A stretch of 63,939 bases of DNA, the filler included, from Barthelona sp. PAP020 (Eukaryota): the NCBI GenBank assembly GCA_040182905.1. It is 3 parts of 3 records of this genome, joined end to end, with 100 filler letters (N's around TTAATTAATTAA, not from the genome) between each part and the next. Parts side by side here need not be neighbours in the genome. Positions count along the whole stretch, not along the records: positions 1 to 23,294 come from JARQWU010000167.1; 2 more parts are not named here. One strand, 5' to 3'. Under the pieces are notes generated by a model that was not told where the DNA came from, did no database searches, and saw only the letters and a program-made list of their open reading frames with translations. Shown in pieces: positions 1-9,406 of this stretch (positions are counted from its first letter, which is position 1; every line of letters begins with the position of its first letter). The position numbers and the translations under genes are program-made.

Positions 1-1
1 A

Positions 2-139
2 TCTACTGTGAGGATATATTTGAAAAAAGGAAGAGGAGAAACAAGAGTTGCCAAGATTTATGATGCTCCTGATTTACCAGAAGGAGAAGCAACATTTGTA
101 ATTACAGATGCAGGAATTGCTGATGTTGAATCTTTGTAA
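2..139 (+). CDS. DMC1: 3' end of RecA-family recombinase, DMC1-like (RAD51 not excluded); gene starts before window
   Basis: Frame 2 translates to [45 protein letters not shown], matching the Rad51/Dmc1 C-terminus; EATF.IT..GI.D is more Dmc1-like. Not in ORF track. Confidence 0.7.
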   Translation, partial: STVRIYLKKGRGETRVAKIYDAPDLPEGEATFVITDAGIADVESL

Positions 140-164
140 CAATAAATATTATTAGACATTTTAT

Positions 165-1106
165 TTATTTCCAGGCTGGTCCTTTCGCTTCATGATCAGA
201 AGAGACAATCATATGTTCTACCTTTACATCAGAAAAGCTTTCAATGAAAGTGTTGATAAAACCTTGTTGCTTAATCATATTGTTTTCAGTTTCAACCAAG
301 ATTACCCTTTCAATATCCTTAAACTCATAACCTTTCAATAAAACTTGATTCAAAGCAGCGGTAGCAGGCGATAAACTTGGATTGAATGCAGCATTTTCAA
401 CATATCTACCAACACAGTGTTCACCAGTCTTTGTGGAGATTACAATGGCAGAATAACTATGACTGTATGGAGCATAAGACTTAGAACATTCTAAACAACC
501 TAACTTCTGTAGATCATCGTAACATTCTTCAACAAGGATACTTGGATGATTATTTGCAATCAAAAATCGATCTTCTAAAGGTAATGGAGGATAAAAACTG
601 TCAAATAAAATTTCTTGTAAGTTTCTTGTTTCTTGTCCAATATAGGTGATTAAAAGATCCTCTGAACAATGCATCTCATTCATAAACTGTCTACAATGTC
701 CACATGGAGACGCAGAAATATAGACGTGAGATATGCCTTTTTCGTCATGAACATTAGCATTATTGATTGCTGATTGCTCTGCATGACAGGTATTATACAA
801 TGCAACATTTGGACTTTCCATATTTGCCCCAAAATAAAATGTGTTAGATGCTCCTTTAACAATAGCACCAACATAAAAATCGGATATGGGAACATATGCA
901 TATGCAGCAGCTAAAATAACCATTTTCAGGGCCAATTCTTTTTCCGAATAACCAGTTCGATCCAATAAAAGACTCCAAACATCATTAGAAATAACAGAAG
1001 GCAGTTTTGGAATCTCGCCATTTCTTAACTTCTCCATTGAAAAATCCTGCATATATTTCAAGTATTCGTTTACCAACGTTTCGGTGTTAGTCATATTGTT
1101 TGTCAT
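165..1106 (-). CDS. cdd: Cytidine deaminase, two-domain homodimeric (E. coli Cdd/plant) type
   Basis: HAEQSA...SPCGHCRQFMNE zinc motif, AYVPISDFYVGA, and second pseudo-domain SYAPYS...GRYVENAAFNPSL. First ATG at 1106 (track start at 1145 is TTG). Confidence 0.9.
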   Translation of the reverse strand: MTNNMTNTETLVNEYLKYMQDFSMEKLRNGEIPKLPSVISNDVWSLLLDRTGYSEKELALKMVILAAAYAYVPISDFYVGAIVKGASNTFYFGANMESPNVALYNTCHAEQSAINNANVHDEKGISHVYISASPCGHCRQFMNEMHCSEDLLITYIGQETRNLQEILFDSFYPPLPLEDRFLIANNHPSILVEECYDDLQKLGCLECSKSYAPYSHSYSAIVISTKTGEHCVGRYVENAAFNPSLSPATAALNQVLLKGYEFKDIERVILVETENNMIKQQGFINTFIESFSDVKVEHMIVSSDHEAKGPAWK

Positions 1107-1241
1107 AAGATAAGATATTACATCAATTTCTTGATATTTCTTCAAGATTCAAAAAATTTGACCTTAAGAAATTTCACAACAACGTTCAAATACATTCATA
1201 AAGTCATCAAAATAAAAAAAAAGAGCAAATTAATACAGCAT

Positions 1242-2000
1242 TTACAAATTTTTAACGTTTATTTGTTTTGTAGAATTTAGTTTGAAAAAGTGTCCGGTAA
1301 CATTTTCTTGATTTTCCACCTCGTTTTGCTCACTACTTTTATTAATACCATATTTCTCCTGTGCCTTCTTCAAATAATTATTTTTTTCTGGAATTGGCAA
1401 TTTCATATTTTCAATTTTGTTTTCATTCGGTATTTTTGTTTTGTGGCGATTGATAGTTGCCTGTAAAGTGTCATCTTTGCGTTGTTGAATGTTTCTTGCT
1501 GCCTGAATTGCTTCATTCCTCAAAGTCTTTTCTGTTATTGACAAATTCCGAGGTTTCAAATCAAATGTATTGGAAGTTTTAGTGCTGACTGTATTTATAG
1601 GTGTCATGTCCAATATTTCAAGATTGGGTAAATTGTCAATAATTCTTTGACGATAATTTGGTTCTGAATTCAAAGGATTATATCTCAAAGATAACACCTT
1701 CAATTGAGGAAACCTTTTTAAAAATCGTAGCGATAAATCTAAATTTGAAATTGAATTGTGGTCCAAGTACAATTCTTCTAAATGTGTAAATTTCTTTAAA
1801 GGCTCCAAAGATGTAAAACTATTATTGCTCAACTCTAATATCTTGATTCTAATGGTTTGTATGCTATTCAATTCAGATAATTGATTATTTGGCAAATATA
1901 ATGCCATTACATTCGAAAATTTCGATAAGACTGTTGATTCGTGTAAATTTTGTTCACCTAGATATACAGTTTCCAAATTTCCAGGTAATTTGGCAATCAT
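1242..2000 (-). CDS. Leucine-rich repeat protein with LRRcap (SDS22/U2A'/LRRC72-like)
   Basis: LxxLxLxxNxI repeats followed by NPL..EPNYRQRII..LPNLEILD cap. Confidence 0.8.
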   Translation of the reverse strand: MIAKLPGNLETVYLGEQNLHESTVLSKFSNVMALYLPNNQLSELNSIQTIRIKILELSNNSFTSLEPLKKFTHLEELYLDHNSISNLDLSLRFLKRFPQLKVLSLRYNPLNSEPNYRQRIIDNLPNLEILDMTPINTVSTKTSNTFDLKPRNLSITEKTLRNEAIQAARNIQQRKDDTLQATINRHKTKIPNENKIENMKLPIPEKNNYLKKAQEKYGINKSSEQNEVENQENVTGHFFKLNSTKQINVKNL

Positions 2001-2155
2001 TGTTTGTTAAAAAATGTAATTCTCCTTTTCACTTTTCAAAAGCAACAGAACCATTTCCATTATTTCTTTACAACTAATTCATGTGCCAACAAGTTCCCAA
2101 TGTATGATCTCAAAATCAAGTCATACAACATGACCAAACAAATAAACCTAAAAAT

Positions 2156-3211
2156 TTACGGATTTCTCTTGAAATCTTCATCCCAATACGATCGCTGTGA
2201 ACTAAATGATTGTTCTTGATGAACAGGCTGATAATAATGCTGTCCTTGGGTTTGTGGCGGTGGCAAATGTTGTGGCTGATAAAACTGCTGATTATAGCCC
2301 CAAGGTCCTCCACGATCGTTGTAATTTTCGAATTGCGGTTGATATGAATCAGAATGATAATTTCTTCTGTCATTATCCCTGTATCCTGTTCTTGGTTTCC
2401 TGAAATCTCTTGGATCTCTGTAGTCATTTGTATATCTGTCACTTGAATATCTATCATTTGAATATTCTCGCTTCTTAAAGTGATCTCTATCTCTGTTTCG
2501 TCTGTAATAGTTGTCTCTGTCTCTGTCTCTGTCTCGGTATTGAGTATCATTTCTATAATTTGTTCTCCTTTTATCTCCACCAGATCGCTTTTCTCTCCTT
2601 CTTTGACTGTCCAAAAAGGCAACGTACTCAGGAGTGGTGAAAGGATCAATGGGATACATTTCTTTGTGAAATAATCTCTGTTGTGTCTTCAAATGCTCCC
2701 ACATTGGCGGTGGAATGGGCTTAACATGCAAATAGTTGCAATTACCACCTCGATCACACTTTCCGCTTTGATAAACTTTACATTTCGCACCTTCAAAGTT
2801 TGTAACAGGACTATATTCGGCCACTATGGGTCTTTCTTTGTAAAAACGTCCACGAAGATTTTTAAGAGCTTCTTCTGCAAATGTTTCTTCAAAATACATG
2901 ACATACATGTTTCCTCTGAGATGTGCACAAGTGTTTCCTGCGACCATCATGTCACAAATTTCACCGAACTGCATAAGTTCGAAAAAAACATCCTGAAAAA
3001 ATTTGTAAAAATGTTCTTTCTTCTCTTGAAAAGAATCAATGTTATCTGGTTCTACGTATAAATTCTTCAATAATATTGTTTGAGATATCGCGGGTTTGGA
3101 ATGTATTTTACTGCATTCATCGCCATGTAAACAAGCTCCTATTCGATAATAGTAACTGCAATTACGTCTATCCTGTTCTGTTCCATGTCTTGCAGCTAAA
3201 GAATCAGCCAT
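2156..3211 (-). CDS. U2AF1: U2 snRNP auxiliary factor small subunit (U2AF35)
   Basis: GTEQDRRNCSYYYRIGAC.HGD.CS..H CCCH finger, UHM (HLRGNMYV, AEYSPVT), second CCCH finger, R/D-rich tail. Confidence 0.92.
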   Translation of the reverse strand: MADSLAARHGTEQDRRNCSYYYRIGACLHGDECSKIHSKPAISQTILLKNLYVEPDNIDSFQEKKEHFYKFFQDVFFELMQFGEICDMMVAGNTCAHLRGNMYVMYFEETFAEEALKNLRGRFYKERPIVAEYSPVTNFEGAKCKVYQSGKCDRGGNCNYLHVKPIPPPMWEHLKTQQRLFHKEMYPIDPFTTPEYVAFLDSQRRREKRSGGDKRRTNYRNDTQYRDRDRDRDNYYRRNRDRDHFKKREYSNDRYSSDRYTNDYRDPRDFRKPRTGYRDNDRRNYHSDSYQPQFENYNDRGGPWGYNQQFYQPQHLPPPQTQGQHYYQPVHQEQSFSSQRSYWDEDFKRNP

Positions 3212-3270
3212 ATAAACATAAAAAAAAATTATTATGATAATTTATTTGCTGTGATATTTAAAAAGGCAAC

Positions 3271-4653
3271 TCAATGATGATGTTTGTCAACGATTTTCTT
3301 CTTTGGGCTATAAATACAGACGGGTTGACAAGGACAACACTGGCCAAACTCATAGGCTTCATATTCCTTTTTGTAAGTTGATGAAAAGTCTCTATTATCA
3401 GGAATATCTTTCTTTTTATTGGAATGTTGAGGAGTTTCAATCAAATAATCACTGGGATCATAACGTCTGTAATCGCTTCTTGCGGTAGAATTGCCATCAA
3501 AAGGTTTTGATACTCTTGTGGGAGTCGTGTTCAATCTGTTTGTCAAATCCTTCTTAGAATACATATCAGGACTTGGCTTCTTGTACGAAGATCTATTTGT
3601 TGTGTCGAAATCTCTAGTATCTGGTTTGGTATATCTTTTGGTGGGCTCAGATGTTGTGTCCAATAAATAAGAATTTGGCTCATACTTTTTGTAGTCACTT
3701 CTAGACGTTGAATTACCATCAAATGGTATGGAAGCTTTTGGTTGTCTGAAAGTTCTTTTAGAAGGTGAAGCATAATCTTTACGATCAGGTTTGGAATAGT
3801 CATTAATTGATGTGGAGAAATCGCGGTTTTCAGCACGCTGTTGAACAATTCTATCAGAAGGAACGTGTGGTTGTTGATAATCACTTGAGGAATAGCGAGC
3901 ATAATCGCTGCGAGTTATTGAATCACCATTGAAAGGTACAGATTCTCTGGGTTGAGCTTGTGGGCGATTGGTAATTTTTGTATAGGAATCAGGTGAAGGG
4001 GCCTTTAACGAAGCTCTGGATGTTGTTAAGAAATCTCTTTTATCAGGAATTGGTTTGGTATTGGGTCTTGTAGATTGAGATGAAGTTGGATATGCAGAAA
4101 CATCTGGCTTCTTGTAATCACTTCTTGAAACTGTATCAGCATCAAATGGCTTGGTTTCTCTCAAATATGCCTTTGGCTTATAATTGTTCTTTGGGAAATC
4201 ATCCAAATTGGGTTTTTGATACGCAGAACGAGAAACTGAAGCAAAATCACGATCATCAGGTCGTGAATTAACTTTTGAGGTGGGTTTTTCATCTGGTCTC
4301 AAATAGAAAGAATTATCATAGGTAGGATAATCACTTCTAGATGTCGAATTTCCATCAAATGGACGAGAGTCACGTGGTTTTGCAACACTTCTCTTGGAAG
4401 GAGAGCGATAATAATCTTTAGAAGGTGATACATATGTTGTAGTATTTGCTGTTTGAAAATCACGATTATCAGGAATTCTTGTTCTGTTTTTTGGAGTAGA
4501 GGGCGTTTTTAAAGCATCTTCATATGCAGAAGTATCAAATTTCTTAAATACATCTCGATTTTCAGTTGTTGCATCGAAAGGTTTGCTAACAATTGTTGGT
4601 TTTTGTCGTTCATGTCTATGACATTGACAATGACAATGCAATGGATAAATCAA
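3271..4653 (-). CDS. SAXO/FAM154-like axonemal microtubule-stabilising protein (Mn repeats)
   Basis: 12 alternating repeats PFDGNSTxRSDY / DNRDFxTxxxxxY and Cys-rich N-terminal CHCQCHRH. Start codon uncertain (TTG; no early ATG). Confidence 0.75.
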   Translation of the reverse strand: MIYPLHCHCQCHRHERQKPTIVSKPFDATTENRDVFKKFDTSAYEDALKTPSTPKNRTRIPDNRDFQTANTTTYVSPSKDYYRSPSKRSVAKPRDSRPFDGNSTSRSDYPTYDNSFYLRPDEKPTSKVNSRPDDRDFASVSRSAYQKPNLDDFPKNNYKPKAYLRETKPFDADTVSRSDYKKPDVSAYPTSSQSTRPNTKPIPDKRDFLTTSRASLKAPSPDSYTKITNRPQAQPRESVPFNGDSITRSDYARYSSSDYQQPHVPSDRIVQQRAENRDFSTSINDYSKPDRKDYASPSKRTFRQPKASIPFDGNSTSRSDYKKYEPNSYLLDTTSEPTKRYTKPDTRDFDTTNRSSYKKPSPDMYSKKDLTNRLNTTPTRVSKPFDGNSTARSDYRRYDPSDYLIETPQHSNKKKDIPDNRDFSSTYKKEYEAYEFGQCCPCQPVCIYSPKKKIVDKHHH

Positions 4654-4834
4654 TTATTTATAAATTAAATTTTCTTTTTTTAAAAAAAAGTGAAGAAAGA
4701 AGAAATGATTGTTTTTCTTTTAGATTGAAATCATCTATTCTTTTAATTTGCACTAACATCAATAAAAAACAACACATATACCATTTATTTTTTAGAATTA
4801 ATACAATACAATACACAAGTTATCCTTTGATTTT

Positions 4835-6952
4835 TTAATTTTCTTTTTCTGTTTCTATCACTTCTTCTTTTTCTGATTCTTCTTCCTCCTCCTCACACAG
4901 TGATTTGTAATAATCCAGCAAAATATCCTTGGATGCTAATATCTCTGCAAATTTCATTCTATCTTTAGTTAACTGTTTTTTCAATGCACTTATTTGAGCT
5001 TTATCATCTTTCATTTTTTTTGCTGCAGAAAGCAAATGGATTTTAGCTTTATTTGCAACTGCCTCTGATATTTCTTTGTTTTCCACCAATTGTTCATTAA
5101 ATTCTTGAAGTTCTGCTGAAGACTTAGTATACTCAACCAAATCACTCCTTACATTTCTTATTTCATCTTGCAATAAAATATTTTGTTCTGTCGCTGTTGT
5201 TAAACTTTGTTCCAAAAATGTTAACCTGTTGGTTGAATCATTTTTAATTTGTTCAAGATTAGCTTTCAAGCCTTGAATGGTTCCTTCCAACTCATTGATT
5301 GCTATTTGCTTCTCATATAATTGTGTTTTCAATTGTTCTTTCTCTTTAAAAAAGTCAAATTCTTTTTTGCCTGCATTTTCCAATTTTTCCAAAAGTTTTG
5401 AATTTTCTATCAAATCTTTCTCTTTTTTACTATTAAAATCTTCTACATTGCTAACATATAAATGTTTTTCCCTTTTGAAATTTTCATTCTCAAGAATTAA
5501 AGAATTAATTTTTGCCTGCATTTTCATATTTTCTTCTTTTAACAACAAATTTTCTTCTGTTCTTTCTTTTATTATGTCATTTAAAGTGTTTGAAGTAGTT
5601 AAAGTCTTAGATATTTTCAATTGTAATTCATTCATCATCAAAAAATTTTCAGACTTTTCCTCAACATTTTTTTTTGCCTGCTTTTTTAATTCATCATTTT
5701 CTTTTTCCAGCAATTGCTTTTCATTATCTTTTAACTTGATTTTGTTCTTGAATTCAATTATTTTCTTTTCATAATCATTCACAATCTTATTTTTTTCATT
5801 TTGGAACAATTGAAGCTCTGTATTTTTTTTTAATTGTTCAACATCTTCATTCTTTTCAGCACTGTTTCTGAACTGTTTCACACATTCTTCTAAATTTCTT
5901 TTTTCTTTTTCAATCTGGAAATGCTTAATTTCCAAATCCTTGATCTGTTCATTTAATTCAACAGTCTTGTCAAATAATTGTAAATTTAACCCTTTGACTT
6001 CATCAAAACTGTCTTGTAAATTTTGATTTCTTTTCAACAGTACTTCATTCTCCTCAATCAACTTTTCCTCAACTCTGCCCTGTAAATCCGCAATAACATC
6101 CTCATATTCAAGAAGTTTGGAATTATTTACGTTGTTCATTTTTTCTAATTCAATGATTCTCAAGTCTCGACTTCGAATACTCGATTCCATTGCTAAGCAT
6201 CGATCTTCAACAGCAAATTCAATTCTCTCATCCATTTCAAGTCTTAGTTCTTTATTTTCTTCTTCCTTTTCTAACAAATTGATCTCCATACGTTCAAACT
6301 CACCTTGAAGTCGTGACAACTCTAGTTTCAGTGTCTTATTCTTTTCATTCCAATCATTGGTCTCATTAAAAACAGAATCTAAAGTCTTTTGATACTTTAA
6401 ACTGTTACTTTTCGAACTCTTCAGATCTCTTTCCAATGTCTTGATCTCTCGTTGAAATCGAACAGTATTGGCCTCTATTATGCTGTTACTGTTCTCTAAT
6501 TCCCACTTCACTTTTTCATATTTCGAATTCAAATTCCCAATTTGATCAGATGCTATTTTAGCTCGATCCCTTAACCGTTCCCTGTCTTTTGTTAAATCAG
6601 CTATCTTATTCAAACTGTCAACATATCTTTGCTTCAAAATCAATTGATTTCCTTCCATTTCATTGATAGTATCTCTCAACTTCAAATTTTGCTTGTGCAT
6701 TTTATTTTTACGAACTTGTTCTTCATGATATTTTTTCCTCAAATCATCAATCTCTTCTTCCAAACCATTTATCATTAGTTGTAAATTATGAATCTGTTCA
6801 ATATTCATAGAATTCGTTTTTGTTTTTTTTATTTCATCCAATTCAGAAATTAAATGCATATTTTCTTTGGTAACTTGCAATAGTAGATTTCTTAAATGTG
6901 CATTTTCTTCTTGTAAATTCTGTTCTTTCGTCTGTTTCTCTAAATCATTCAT
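4835..6952 (-). CDS. Long coiled-coil protein, function unknown
   Basis: 705-aa ORF with E/K/L/N heptad-like composition and no prolines. Confidence 0.75.
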   Translation of the reverse strand: MNDLEKQTKEQNLQEENAHLRNLLLQVTKENMHLISELDEIKKTKTNSMNIEQIHNLQLMINGLEEEIDDLRKKYHEEQVRKNKMHKQNLKLRDTINEMEGNQLILKQRYVDSLNKIADLTKDRERLRDRAKIASDQIGNLNSKYEKVKWELENSNSIIEANTVRFQREIKTLERDLKSSKSNSLKYQKTLDSVFNETNDWNEKNKTLKLELSRLQGEFERMEINLLEKEEENKELRLEMDERIEFAVEDRCLAMESSIRSRDLRIIELEKMNNVNNSKLLEYEDVIADLQGRVEEKLIEENEVLLKRNQNLQDSFDEVKGLNLQLFDKTVELNEQIKDLEIKHFQIEKEKRNLEECVKQFRNSAEKNEDVEQLKKNTELQLFQNEKNKIVNDYEKKIIEFKNKIKLKDNEKQLLEKENDELKKQAKKNVEEKSENFLMMNELQLKISKTLTTSNTLNDIIKERTEENLLLKEENMKMQAKINSLILENENFKREKHLYVSNVEDFNSKKEKDLIENSKLLEKLENAGKKEFDFFKEKEQLKTQLYEKQIAINELEGTIQGLKANLEQIKNDSTNRLTFLEQSLTTATEQNILLQDEIRNVRSDLVEYTKSSAELQEFNEQLVENKEISEAVANKAKIHLLSAAKKMKDDKAQISALKKQLTKDRMKFAEILASKDILLDYYKSLCEEEEEESEKEEVIETEKEN

Positions 6953-7041
6953 AGTATTTAATTCATATTATTCCTCTAAAATAATTATTTGAAATGAAAA
7001 AAAAATAATTGAAATGTCATCAAATTTTTATGTAATTTAAC

Positions 7042-8010
7042 ATGGATGATATAAGTGATATTGATCAAATAAGCAATTTATTGGGTTATTCGACAAACTT
7101 ATCAAACGACAGTGTGTTAACAGAAGAGCAAATTAATGAAATGCAAAAACCTGATGAAGAAGTTCTATCTGCATTTATTCCAAATAATGCCATAATTTTA
7201 ATCTCATTAAGTACAATTTTATCGGATCCAGAAATGAATGAAGGTGATATTTTATTAGCTTTACAGAATATTGAAAATATGATTTCTGACCATGATGAAT
7301 CTTTCAATTTAACATCCATAAATTTTTTGACATCGATTATACAATGCACAGAACATGCAACAATAGAAATCAAAAGACAAGCTTTATTGGTGTTGAATAG
7401 TGCTTTTGATTTGAAAAATAAGGAAGAGTTTCAACAAATATTATTGCAAGAAGGTTTTGGAACTGTTTTATTACGATTGTTAGAACATCAAGATCTAATT
7501 GTTCAATATCGTTCATTGACAATATTATCATCGTTTTTACAATTTTCAGAAGATTTCAATGAAAAGTATGGAGAGATAAGCTTCATGAAAATGTTGAACC
7601 TTATTAATTTAGTTTGTAATAAAAAGATTTTAAAAAAGGTTCTACGCATATTGAGAGTCGTTACTGAACCTGTTTTTTGTTTTAGATACAAATTTGTTGG
7701 AAATCTAACGTTTAGTGATGCCTTTTTAGACATCTTACTTTCGTATTTTGCGAATGTTCCTGTAGACCAAATGGATATTCTGAACAATATTGCTTTGATT
7801 TTTAGAAATGGGCTGAAGAATAACTTTATCAAAAATCACTCATTGGAAAGGATAGAAAAGATTGAACAGATTTCTTCTTCAAGGATAAAGGAGGTGAAGT
7901 CAAACATTCAAAGCATACACACAAAGGAATTTATCAATTACTGTTTGATAATCATCAGGGAAACCAGAAGCATAAAAAAGCTATTGTCTGATTCGGAACA
8001 AAAGAATTGA
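7042..8010 (+). CDS. ARM/HEAT-repeat protein, possibly Hsp70 nucleotide exchange factor (Fes1/HspBP1-like)
   Basis: ALQNIENMISDHDES.NL..I...IIQC......IKRQAL.VL resembles the Fes1/HspBP1 core; helical repeats. Confidence 0.5.
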   Translation: MDDISDIDQISNLLGYSTNLSNDSVLTEEQINEMQKPDEEVLSAFIPNNAIILISLSTILSDPEMNEGDILLALQNIENMISDHDESFNLTSINFLTSIIQCTEHATIEIKRQALLVLNSAFDLKNKEEFQQILLQEGFGTVLLRLLEHQDLIVQYRSLTILSSFLQFSEDFNEKYGEISFMKMLNLINLVCNKKILKKVLRILRVVTEPVFCFRYKFVGNLTFSDAFLDILLSYFANVPVDQMDILNNIALIFRNGLKNNFIKNHSLERIEKIEQISSSRIKEVKSNIQSIHTKEFINYCLIIIRETRSIKKLLSDSEQKN

Positions 8011-8193
8011 ATAAAGGAAAGAACACACATTTATTATTGACAAAGTTATTTTTTTATTATCAAGTATGATGCACAAAAGGTTTCATTCAAAGTGTAAAAA
8101 CACTCATCTTCACATAGTAAAACACGAAAAGCTCAAATATTGCCTCAACTTTGATTTCCAAAAAAAAAAAAAAATTTAAAAATGAAGCCGTTA

Positions 8194-8844
8194 CTATCTG
8201 TTGAGCAAAAACAGTAACTTCCATGAAAGATTTAAAGCACTGAGCAAGATACTAACGCTTTTGGAAAAACATATTATCTCGTTCATGGAGGAATAGAATG
8301 AAATAAATTGCAGCAAAAAAATAATCCCTAAAAAAAATAATGCGTAGACAGGATAAGCACATGTGACAAACCCAATACAACCATGTATGTTACTGACCAT
8401 AACTGTAGATATGATTTCAGAAATGCTTAATTTGTTGGATTTCAAATTTTGCATGGCAGTTACAAAATAATGGACCAAAAATAAGGACAAAAAATTAAAA
8501 ATGGAAATAGAAAAAACATATTTTAAAATCATTGAAGAATTAGTGATATATTTAAAGGGAAAGATAAAGAGAAAATCAAATAAAAATATTAAAAAAATCG
8601 AGAAGATTGATTTTCTTTTGGAAAATACTGAATTAAACACCAAGTGCTTCATACTTTCAGTTTCCATTAACATACAATCGATAAAACATGATAAAGAATC
8701 CTTTTCAAAGTATTCATCAACAAATTCATTGCATTTAGAACATTTAGAAAGAACATTTGAGGAATCAACATTTGAAAATACACTTTTTTCAGATGATAAA
8801 CAATGTATACATCTATATGGTAGTGCTTCTACATCATCACTCAT
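8194..8844 (-). CDS. ARV1: ARV1-family ER membrane protein
   Basis: YRCIHC...LSKCSKCNEFVDEYFE zinc-binding Arv1 homology domain followed by TM helices. Confidence 0.85.
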   Translation of the reverse strand: MSDDVEALPYRCIHCLSSEKSVFSNVDSSNVLSKCSKCNEFVDEYFEKDSLSCFIDCMLMETESMKHLVFNSVFSKRKSIFSIFLIFLFDFLFIFPFKYITNSSMILKYVFSISIFNFLSLFLVHYFVTAMQNLKSNKLSISEIISTVMVSNIHGCIGFVTCAYPVYALFFLGIIFLLQFISFYSSMNEIICFSKSVSILLSALNLSWKLLFLLNR

Positions 8845-9406
8845 TAATGATCAATTTAAAAAAAAGAATGTGGATTTTTTGGGAGATTTTCTTTTTTGAT
8901 TCTTCTCTTTGTTTTTTCTACCGTGAAAAAAGTGTTCTAAAATTTCTCATATTTTAATCAGAATCATTTGGTAATTGATTGATAATAAAACTTTATCTAC
9001 ATATCAATAGATGCATATTTCTGTTTTAAAACATTTATTCCATTGTCCAAGGAATAAAGCGATTTAATTTATACTGCAGGTGAAACAAAAGCAATACACA
9101 TTACCCAAAAGAACAGCAGAACACTAAACAGATAGAAAATAGTTTAAATTGCACAATATTTATTGCAATCTACTTATGAAAAATACCAAAGAAAAGAGGG
9201 TAATAATACTGTCTTTTTTTGCAGAAAGGAGAAAAAGAATTTGCCTGCATATCAATTTTCTTGAAAACACATTTTTTTTTTTCATTCAAAAATAGAAAAC
9301 TGACTTAATTTTTAGGTAAATATACCAATTCGCCAAAATAGTTTGAAGAGGTTTTGATAACTAAATAAATTGATTGTTACATGAAAAACAAATAACTTTA
9401 ATATAT

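Noticed and set aside
9060..9290. Possible small spliced membrane-protein gene on the minus strand
   Set aside because: Needs an intron lacking the ACTAA branch motif; the product is about 43 aa with no recognisable homology.
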